Part shown: positions 56,692-64,000 of the stretch, in pieces
How positions within the stretch are numbered: position 1 is the first letter of the stretch
Layout: each line of letters starts with the position of its first letter
Source: Candidatus Latescibacterota bacterium
GTDB taxonomy: Bacteria; Latescibacterota; UBA2968
Direction: 5' to 3'
Assembly (NCBI GenBank): GCA_965116885.1
Contig: OZ220741.1
Location: 4,224,001 to 4,288,000, forward strand
Length of the DNA stretch: 64,000 nt
Notes under the pieces: generated by a model
What the model was told of the DNA's origin: nothing
The model's input: only the letters and a program-made list of their open reading frames with translations
Database searches by the model: none
Made by a program: the position numbers and the translations under genes

Positions 56692-57498
56692 ATGGGCAAA
56701 CAGAAAATTCTTATTGCAGATCACGATTCCCGCGTTCTATCGACACTCACAGAATTTTTGAGTGATGAACCTTATGAGATATTCAAGGCGGCAAATGGAA
56801 TGGAAGGGCTTGACGTTTTAAGACGCGAGAAGATTGATCTTGCTATTGCTGAAAAGCATATCGCGGGTCTTGGTGGGATAGCATTTTTGAAGGCCGTGAA
56901 GGTAGAGAAAATTCAGACAAATATTTTGATCATGGGCGGGATTGAGCATATGGAATCAACAGAAAAAATACTCAAGAGTGGTGCTATAAGCGTACTCGAT
57001 AAACCCGTCAAGAAGGGTGACTTTTTGGCAAAGATCAAAGCATTTATGCCACCAAATAACGGCAGAAACTGGTCTGAGAACGGCCAGTCAGGATCGGAAG
57101 CCTCGCCTTCATACCCCGTCCCAGTACAGGTTTCACAAGACAAGTGGAAAACTGATTTGGAATCATTTTTGAATGAGCGTTACCACGATCCAGACCTGGA
57201 ATGTGATGTTCTCATGTGCTACTTCGATTTATCGCGGTCACATGTTTGTGCGCTATTCAAAAAATATTTTGACAAGACTTATCGTGAAGTATTGCGAGAG
57301 GTCAGAGTAGCACAGGTAGAGCGTTTCTTAAAAGAATCATCTCTGAGTGTGAATGAAATTGCACACCTGTGTGGGTTTCATTCATCAGATCGTTTGCGTG
57401 TGGCTTTCAAGAAGATACATGACATTTCTCCTACCCTTTACCGCAAAAAAGTTATAAGCGGAGAAATTCCAAGAAGGTCCGGAAGGTTCAAGCGATGA
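56692..57498 (+). CDS. Receiver-domain/AraC-family transcriptional regulator (atypical receiver)
   Basis: N-terminal REC fold (KILIADHD, A.NG.EGL, DLAIAE, LDKP); C-terminal AraC HTH (S.SVNEIA..CGF......FKK...ISP..YRK). Confidence 0.88.
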   Translation: MGKQKILIADHDSRVLSTLTEFLSDEPYEIFKAANGMEGLDVLRREKIDLAIAEKHIAGLGGIAFLKAVKVEKIQTNILIMGGIEHMESTEKILKSGAISVLDKPVKKGDFLAKIKAFMPPNNGRNWSENGQSGSEASPSYPVPVQVSQDKWKTDLESFLNERYHDPDLECDVLMCYFDLSRSHVCALFKKYFDKTYREVLREVRVAQVERFLKESSLSVNEIAHLCGFHSSDRLRVAFKKIHDISPTLYRKKVISGEIPRRSGRFKR

Positions 57499-60020
57499 AG
57501 ATTTTACATATTCTGGATGTTTCGCTGCCACACCGACAAAGCGGCTACAGTTTGCGAAGCCAATATATCATCAATACGCAGAAAGTCCTTGGCTTTGATC
57601 CTGTGGTGCTCACGCGGTGGGGCGTGTCTGAACAACTCGTGGATGGAGTTGAATATATCAACGATGTGCCTTATTTGAGAAATACTTCTGAATCATACAC
57701 AGCACGTCTGTCCGAACGTCTGGGCAAATTTCAATTGCCAGATACCCCACGAATCTATCGTGTGGGGCAGGAGCATCACTTTCGCAAGCGCGTTGCGCGG
57801 GCGATTGAGACGGAAAGACCCGATGTGTTACACGCGGCGTCACCGGGTAGAAATGCACAGGTTGTGATTGATATAGGACATCACTGTGGTCTGTCTGTGG
57901 TGTACGAGGTGCGGGGTTTGTGGCACGATAGCGGTGTGGCGCAGGGTATGCTGGCTCCCGATTCAGAGGTGTATCGCCAGCAGCACGCGCAACATGTCAA
58001 TGCGATGCAACAGGCCGATGCTGTGGTGACGCTGTCCGAGGTGTTAAAAGTTGAGTGCATACGCGAAGGGGTTGACGAAGAGAAAATTGGCGTAGTGCCC
58101 AATGGTGTGGCAGTTGAGCAATATGCACCGAAAGATCGGGCCGGCGAACTTGCCAATCGATTGGGTATTGAATCGGGCGATGTGGTGTTGGGCTATATCG
58201 GTCTGGTGCGGTCACTGGAGGGATTGCGGTTGTTGTTGCAGGCGTGTGAGGTTCTTCGCGGGCAGTATGCCAATCTCAAAGTGTTGATTGTGGGGGGTGG
58301 ACGAGACCTGCCAGCATTGCAGCGCGAAGCACAGAAACGCGGTCTGGCGGATGTGGCGATTTTTATGGGTGAAATACCGCACGATCAAATCGCGGACTAT
58401 TACGCGATGTTAGATGTTTTTGTGATTCCGCGTACGCGTAGCCGCGTTACCGAACTGGTCACGCCGATGAAGCCTTATGAGGCAATGGCGATGGAAAAAG
58501 CCGTTGTCGTCAGCGATGTAGCCGCACTCAAGGAGGTGGTTACAGACGGAGAAACCGGGCGCGTTTTTGTGGCAGATGATGTCGAAAGTCTCACCCAGAC
58601 GTGTGCCGAACTCATCGAGAATCCCTCGCTGCGGATGCAATTAGGACAAAAGGGCAGCGAATGGGTGCGGTCAGAGCGCACATGGAGGCAGGTTGTGGAA
58701 CGCTATCGCGGGATCTATGAGGCCGCGATAGCCGTTTGTCCTGCCCGTATGGAATGTGTTAATCAACAAGCAAAAACCCGCACACGCGTTGCATTTTACA
58801 GCCAGCATCTCATTGGCGTTGGGCACCATTTTCGCAATCGACAGATTGTCAATGAACTGGTCAAAACACGCGATGTGTTTTTTATCGATGGTGGACGTCC
58901 TGTTCCCGAGGCTGACCTCGATGAGCGGGTGACGCGTATTTCTCTGCTGCCCCTTCGCCTGGGCGCACAGGGTATTGAGTCTGTTGATAAAGAGCGCGAT
59001 TTGCAGACTGTGATGCGCGAGCGCCAGACACAGCTTGCCGACGTGATGGAGCAGATTCGCCCCGATGTGTTTTGTGTTGAGTTTTTTCCCTTTTCCCGGT
59101 GGTCGCTCAAGAGCGAGATTCTCAATACTATTGTCAGGCTCAATGAGATCAATCCCGGCGCGAAGGTGTTGTGTTCGCTGCGCGATATTCCCACGCGGGC
59201 AAAAAGCGATGTGTTGCAACCGACTGTTGCGCTTGCACAGAGACGCGATGGAGATGCGATGCGGTTTTATTCGGTGCCTTTTGGCGGGATACATCACGAG
59301 TATTTGGCTTTTAATCGGCGGTATTACGAGGAGGTTGTGCCCGTGTTGAATCAGTATTTCGATGCGGTGATGGTGCATGGCGATTCCCAACTATCCCGGT
59401 TGGAAGATCACTTTCCCTGGGTTGCTGATATCGGTATTCCCATCATTTATACGGGGTTTGTTTCTGAGAAACTCGAGAACGCATCTCGACCTGATGGTGC
59501 GCCGAATAGGTATGTGCTGGTCAGTGCTGGCGGTGGGGCTGAGGGGCTTGCGCTTGTTGCGCCGTGTATTGAAGCGTGGAAGCAATTGGCACAGGACAAT
59601 ACGCTCAACGGACGTGAGATGGTGATTTTTGCCGGTGCGTTTATCGAAGAGAAGCATTTTGACGCTTTGCGAGAATTGTGCGGTGATGGTCCGTTTCGCA
59701 TTGAGCGCTTTACGTCCAATTTTTTGGCGTGGATGAAATACGCAGATTTGTCGATTAGTCGTGCGGGCTACAATACGTGTATGAATGTGCTCGAGACACA
59801 GGTCCCATCGATTCTGGTGCCGAGTATTGCGATGGATGATCAGGGATTTCGCGCGCAGCAGTTGATGGGGTTGGGTATTGCCGGGGTGATACATCCCGAT
59901 CAAATAGGTGCGGGAAAGATGGCAAAAGCTATTGGCGAAATGCTCGCAAGTTTTGTGCCTGAACACCATCTATCTCTGGATGGTGCCGAGCAAACGCGAA
60001 AGTTTATAGAATCAGTCTAA
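57495..60020 (+). CDS. Fused glycosyltransferase: GT4 plus a second GT-B module (COG4671/GT28-like)
   Basis: N-half SGYSLRS, YEVRG.W, VPNGV, TPMKPYEAMA; C-half FYSQH..G.GH, E.FPF.R, SLRDI, VSAGGG, SRAGYNT. Confidence 0.88.
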   Translation: MKILHILDVSLPHRQSGYSLRSQYIINTQKVLGFDPVVLTRWGVSEQLVDGVEYINDVPYLRNTSESYTARLSERLGKFQLPDTPRIYRVGQEHHFRKRVARAIETERPDVLHAASPGRNAQVVIDIGHHCGLSVVYEVRGLWHDSGVAQGMLAPDSEVYRQQHAQHVNAMQQADAVVTLSEVLKVECIREGVDEEKIGVVPNGVAVEQYAPKDRAGELANRLGIESGDVVLGYIGLVRSLEGLRLLLQACEVLRGQYANLKVLIVGGGRDLPALQREAQKRGLADVAIFMGEIPHDQIADYYAMLDVFVIPRTRSRVTELVTPMKPYEAMAMEKAVVVSDVAALKEVVTDGETGRVFVADDVESLTQTCAELIENPSLRMQLGQKGSEWVRSERTWRQVVERYRGIYEAAIAVCPARMECVNQQAKTRTRVAFYSQHLIGVGHHFRNRQIVNELVKTRDVFFIDGGRPVPEADLDERVTRISLLPLRLGAQGIESVDKERDLQTVMRERQTQLADVMEQIRPDVFCVEFFPFSRWSLKSEILNTIVRLNEINPGAKVLCSLRDIPTRAKSDVLQPTVALAQRRDGDAMRFYSVPFGGIHHEYLAFNRRYYEEVVPVLNQYFDAVMVHGDSQLSRLEDHFPWVADIGIPIIYTGFVSEKLENASRPDGAPNRYVLVSAGGGAEGLALVAPCIEAWKQLAQDNTLNGREMVIFAGAFIEEKHFDALRELCGDGPFRIERFTSNFLAWMKYADLSISRAGYNTCMNVLETQVPSILVPSIAMDDQGFRAQQLMGLGIAGVIHPDQIGAGKMAKAIGEMLASFVPEHHLSLDGAEQTRKFIESV

Positions 60021-60032
60021 ATGAGGTGAAAG

Positions 60033-61436
60033 ATGAAAATTTATGTGTCACATCAGTATCACGACCGCGAGAAAGTAATGGCGTCTAATAGCGGGGCAGT
60101 TCTTTCGGGGTTTAACCATGTACAGGCGTTATCAAAGTATTGCGATGTGTATATGCCAGCATCTGAAGCGGTGGATTATGGTCCGAATTTGCACGGCATT
60201 CAACCAGCTTATGAGACGATTGATGCTTCTCGCCAGTGGTTTGCGCGGCAAAATTTTGATGGTGTGTTGATGTTTGAACCCAAGGCAGATGACCTGGCAT
60301 TTTTTCGCCATGTGTGTCCTGCACCCATTGTGATTCGGCTGTCGTGTTCTTTTGGAAACAATCGGGATTTTGTCGATAAGGTGCTTCAATGTTATTCGCT
60401 GTTACGGCCTTGTGATGCGCTGTCGCCCAAGTCGGCCTATGTCGCTGACGAAGTGGGCAAGATAGTGTTTGACCGATCGTATTTGCACGCGATTACCAAT
60501 GGGGTAGATGCCGAGGTGTTTGTGCCGATGGATAAGTTGCAAGCGCGCAAAGAGGTCGCGGATAAGACGGGTGATCAACGTTTTTTGGAGATGCCTGTGG
60601 TGGGTTTTTGTGGGCGGTTTGAGCCGGGCAAAGGCGCGTATCCGTTTTTGCGGATGGCCGATCTGAATCCCAATGTGTTGTTTGCGGTGATTGGCAAGCA
60701 GTTCGCACCTGTGACACATCCTCCCAATGTGATCTTTTTGGGCGCGCAACCCTATACGGATATGCCGCTGTATTACAATATGCTCGATGTGTTGTGTGCG
60801 CTGTCGGTGTATTCGTATGAGTCGTGTCCTTCAACCGTGATAGAGGGCATGGCGTGTGGTCTTCCAGTTGTGGCGACAAATTTTGCGGGCGCGCCAGAGT
60901 TGTTGGGCAGTTGTGGGCGATTGATTGAGATTGAGCGATTTGAAGACGAGCCATTGAATGTGACGGGTTATATCGCTCCTGAGGTGATTTCGGATGCTGT
61001 GCGCGATTTGTTGAATAGCAAAACGGAGCGTGTAGATATGGGGGAGCGCGCTCGCAAACGCGCGCTCGATTTTTCCTGGGATTGTATGGCGCAGCAGCAC
61101 ATGGCACTGTTTGAAAGTCTGCGGATCAAACGCGATGTCTCCGTCTGCCCGATTCCAATAACCGTAAGTTTTACACAGGGTTGTGATATGTCCGGTGTGC
61201 CGAAAAGTGTGTCCAAAGGATTTAACTATTTGGGAAGCGCGCAAGGTCCGTTGCCTCGCATTTCGTTTTTTGGGCAAGATATGTCCCTTATTGAAGGCCT
61301 GGGCCTTCACTTGATGCAACATTTACATCCAAACGAAGTCGAAGCTGCTCTGATAGGTTTATGCGAGACGCGTGCTGAAGCTTATAAGACGCTTCGCAAA
61401 ATCCGACACTTCAGCGATATGCTCACAGCTCCCTGA
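60033..61436 (+). CDS. GT4-family glycosyltransferase with C-terminal extension
   Basis: ITNGVD, GRFEPGKG, ESCPSTVIEGMACGLPVV (EX7E), FSWD. Confidence 0.88.
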   Translation: MKIYVSHQYHDREKVMASNSGAVLSGFNHVQALSKYCDVYMPASEAVDYGPNLHGIQPAYETIDASRQWFARQNFDGVLMFEPKADDLAFFRHVCPAPIVIRLSCSFGNNRDFVDKVLQCYSLLRPCDALSPKSAYVADEVGKIVFDRSYLHAITNGVDAEVFVPMDKLQARKEVADKTGDQRFLEMPVVGFCGRFEPGKGAYPFLRMADLNPNVLFAVIGKQFAPVTHPPNVIFLGAQPYTDMPLYYNMLDVLCALSVYSYESCPSTVIEGMACGLPVVATNFAGAPELLGSCGRLIEIERFEDEPLNVTGYIAPEVISDAVRDLLNSKTERVDMGERARKRALDFSWDCMAQQHMALFESLRIKRDVSVCPIPITVSFTQGCDMSGVPKSVSKGFNYLGSAQGPLPRISFFGQDMSLIEGLGLHLMQHLHPNEVEAALIGLCETRAEAYKTLRKIRHFSDMLTAP

Positions 61437-61508
61437 CAGGTGCCACGGAGATGCTATCTGTGCTTCGCTGAGATATTGAAGAAGGGAGGTGAGAGATGAC
61501 AAGACGAG

Positions 61509-61542
61509 TTGTATCAAATCCTATGCAATCGATTTGATACAA
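61509..61542. promoter_or_regulatory. 12-bp perfect inverted repeat (operator or RNA hairpin) upstream of 61604
   Basis: TTGTATCAAATC-N10-GATTTGATACAA. Confidence 0.55.
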
Positions 61543-61603
61543 TGTAGAAAGGCAAAAAAGAAGTTGATGTACATTACAATTCACTTATTTTTTGGAGGAT
61601 ATC

Positions 61604-61954
61604 ATGTCTCAAACATTGTCAAACCGCATGACAACGGTCCCGCAGCAATCGTTTTTGAATTGTGTATCTTTATCTATACGGGAGGAAGATTTAAACACAA
61701 GTGAGTTAGATGGACTTCACGGTGGTAATCCCAGGATAGTTCAATTTGTTCTAGAAAATATCCCAAGAGTCTATAACCAAGCTCAACAAGCTATCAATAG
61801 AGGGATGCCCCCTGTTATACCTGCTACTCTGCACAAAGCTGAACAACTTATTGATGCTTGTGATAGTATTATAGATGAAATATCAGAGGGAATTGAGGAT
61901 TTAGGGAATAACTGGGAGCGGTATCTTTACCATGCTGCATACAGTGGACGATAG
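61604..61954 (+). CDS. Putative double-glycine-leader peptide (bacteriocin/RiPP-like precursor)
   Basis: GGAGG RBS; EEDLNTSELDGLHGG matches the L..SEL..I.GG leader pattern. Confidence 0.55.
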   Translation: MSQTLSNRMTTVPQQSFLNCVSLSIREEDLNTSELDGLHGGNPRIVQFVLENIPRVYNQAQQAINRGMPPVIPATLHKAEQLIDACDSIIDEISEGIEDLGNNWERYLYHAAYSGR

Positions 61955-62087
61955 CCCAAAGGCTTCTGGTAGGGCTTCGGCAGGAGCAGCCCATCATCCC
62001 TGTCTGCTCTGCCGACAGACCGGCATCTTTCGAGAACGCTGAAGATGATGATAAGCCTGTAAAAAGACTTCCTCATCGGTCACCACA

Positions 62088-62400
62088 TTACGCACCTAGT
62101 GATCGTTTGAGCTGTCGGTTCAAACTCTTTGGCCAAATCGTTGGCACTACGACCAGACTAGCGCGGACATTTGTTGGTGAAATGCCGCTGGATATGATCT
62201 TTTTCTTCCCACTTTGGACTCCTCTCCCTGAAAGAGATAAGTTGTCCACTAAAACGACGCTGTTGCCGAATTCCGAATTCTGTCTTGATGCAACTAAACA
62301 TAGGGCTTATGAGCCTGAATTCAGACACCAATAGCCATTTTTCCAACTACAGAGTCCTCTTGATCAATTCGGCAACAGCATCTAAAACGGGGCAAGTCCA
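62088..62400 (-). mobile_element. IS3-family remnant: left IR plus frameshifted orfA
   Basis: After removing the MITE, the minus strand reads TGGACTTGCCCCGTTTTAGTGGACA (IS3-type IR), GAGGAG RBS, GTG 62212, MGRKRSYPAAFHQQM / GRSANDLAKEFEPTAQTITRCV (IS3 OrfA HTH). Confidence 0.8.
62256..62382. mobile_element. 127-bp MITE with 17-bp TIRs and TAAAAC target duplication
   Basis: GACGCTGTTGCCGAATT ... AATTCGGCAACAGCATC (16/17 match); TAAAAC at 62250-62255 and 62383-62388. Confidence 0.85.
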
Positions 62401-62435
62401 ATCTCAAGCGTCCGAATCATTGGGAAAATTAAAAA

Positions 62436-62678
62436 GTGAAAAAAAACCATTCTTTTAGTTACTGGCAATTGCTGTTCAATTTTATAGTAGGGGTTTTTTT
62501 CGGCCCAATCTGCCTCACTGTGTTATTTATGCCGATACACCTTGATGGTCTCATTTTGATGTTGAGTAGTATTGTAGGTGCCTTTGCATTTAGTGGATTT
62601 TATTGGATGATTTATAAGCCAAGGAAATGCGAGAACCACCCTTCTAAAAAAAATAAATACCAGCGTCAGACAGAGTAG
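62436..62678 (+). CDS. Small membrane protein (2 TM), possibly the first half of a split gene
   Basis: Two hydrophobic helices; a coupled hydrophobic ORF follows at 62678..62827. Confidence 0.45.
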   Translation: MKKNHSFSYWQLLFNFIVGVFFGPICLTVLFMPIHLDGLILMLSSIVGAFAFSGFYWMIYKPRKCENHPSKKNKYQRQTE

Positions 62679-62974
62679 TGGATATTTACCAGATCTTTGT
62701 CCTTTTTCCTTTCATTGTCACCACACCCATTTCAGGTCTTATTCTGTGGTTAGGTCCATCCATCAGGTCGCTATTACTCTTCAGTTTCACAACAGCTTTT
62801 TGTGCTGGTGATGTCTTGATATTTTGAAATATCGGGCAAATGGAAAATGACCAATGGATTCACGATCATCCGACGGAAATAGGTTGCGACGTATTAGCGG
62901 AGTCTATCGTTGTGTCCTCTGAAGAATACCGCGGATAGATCAAAACCAACTAAAACTCACATTGGAAGCGTGAG

Positions 62975-63838
62975 ATGACATATCCAAATCTGAAACAGTC
63001 AGTTTGGCTGCTGGTATTATTGTGCCTCATTACAATTGGTTTAGCCATATTGATGGGTGTTATAGGTGCCATTATTGACGAGCCACTGTCTGATAATACT
63101 TACCTGACGAGCCTTGTGTCATTGGTAAGTATTATTCTGCTTCTGTGCTACGTTTCGCATCGGACAGGTCGAGCATGGACAGATATGTTGCCTCTTGCGA
63201 TTAAAAATATAGACTATGATTGGCGCATGTGGCTTGCCGTTGGGTTATCCATCTTTGGACTGGGAGTTGTTCTTTCTGAATTGGACAATGCGGTGGTATC
63301 TATATTGCCAATGCCCGAAATGTTTCAGGACATCTTTCAGATAATGATCGGGAAAAAAACATCTTATCTGTCAGCCTTATTTGGCGCAGTCGTGATAGCA
63401 CCTCTTGGTGAAGAGATCGTTCATAGAGGCATTATTTTGAAAGGTTTATTGGCACATTATAGTCAAAATTGGGCGATTGTTTGGTCGGCAATTCTGTTTG
63501 GTCTGATGCATCTGAATCCGTGGCAATTTCCAATAGCTTTTATATTGGGACTTGTCTTTGCCTATTGGGTTATTCAAACGGGGTCTTTGTGGCCTAGTAT
63601 TTTGGGACACGCACTGCACAATTTGATAACTGTGACATTTTGGCATTTCGATGTACCGGGTTTTCCTGTTTCGAAAGATTTGAATGTTGTAATTCACAAT
63701 CCATGGTGGTTGAATGTGTGCGGACCAATATTGGCCACGATTGGGTTGTGGTGGTTTTATAAGGTGGCGAAACGCGAAAAAACAGATCACCGTGAGACGG
63801 AGGTTGAACTTGAAGAAACTTTAGGATGCGATAATTGA
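62975..63838 (+). CDS. CPBP (Abi/CAAX) intramembrane metalloprotease
   Basis: APLGEEIVHRG (EExxxR), FGLMH (FxxxH), HALHN (HxxxN). Confidence 0.92.
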   Translation: MTYPNLKQSVWLLVLLCLITIGLAILMGVIGAIIDEPLSDNTYLTSLVSLVSIILLLCYVSHRTGRAWTDMLPLAIKNIDYDWRMWLAVGLSIFGLGVVLSELDNAVVSILPMPEMFQDIFQIMIGKKTSYLSALFGAVVIAPLGEEIVHRGIILKGLLAHYSQNWAIVWSAILFGLMHLNPWQFPIAFILGLVFAYWVIQTGSLWPSILGHALHNLITVTFWHFDVPGFPVSKDLNVVIHNPWWLNVCGPILATIGLWWFYKVAKREKTDHRETEVELEETLGCDN

Positions 63839-64000
63839 GAAGGATATGTGCCGATCCACACAGTACAGTGGAGAAAGTTAAAAAATGAACCTTTCGCACT
63901 TTTTCATCAATAACTCAGTTCGGTCACAATCTGTTCCTTTTTCCTTTGGGAGCATTGTTTTTCAACAGGGTCAAGATGGTGAGGCGTTTTACATCGTGCA

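Noticed and set aside
56517..61508. Shared 11-mer GACAAGACGAG at 56517 and 61498
   Set aside because: A single 11-mer match is plausible by chance in 64 kb and the flanks do not align.
62107..62346. ORFs 62107..62334 (+) and 62158..62346 (-)
   Set aside because: They run across the IS3 remnant and MITE junction and are explained by those elements.
63839..64000. Possible start of another gene at the right edge
   Set aside because: Too short and ambiguous to support a call.

Overview
Bacterial chromosomal window. GWxTD, lamin-tail and FlgD-type C-terminal domains plus many sulfatases and PhyH dioxygenases suggest an FCB-group lineage such as Latescibacterota/Gemmatimonadota-like, possibly host- or sponge-associated (inference only). 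In order: (1) 5' half of an IS200/IS605 tnpB on the minus strand, missed by the ORF track; (2) a ~14 kb catabolic island with 3 sulfatases, 3 PhyH-type dioxygenases, a NIPSNAP protein, a ThDP enzyme, an OtnK-like kinase, a class II aldolase and an SDR; (3) CYTH-CHAD-ParA; (4) tonB and a lipoprotein/TPR/GWxTD operon; (5) housekeeping run ruvX-mltG-pcrA-gatC-pyrG-lptC-lptA-lptB-MOSC-rpoN, with a divergent pyrG and no kds genes; (6) a sigma54-driven 5x lamin-tail-domain secreted protein with a recent ~1 kb internal duplication, an SSB-like ORF, HU/IHF and fdhD; (7) the most unusual locus, a 14 kb six-gene ABC/RND hybrid transporter operon in which an AcrB-like subunit is fused to a complete ABC ATPase, itself split by a ~174-aa membrane insertion; (8) a pseudo-receiver/AraC regulator with a 21-bp-period direct repeat and a structured leader, upstream of glycosyltransferases; (9) a double-glycine-leader peptide gene, a MITE nested in an IS3 end, small membrane ORFs and a CPBP protease. 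No CRISPR array, rRNA or tRNA was recognised. All calls are by eye; no database searches were run.
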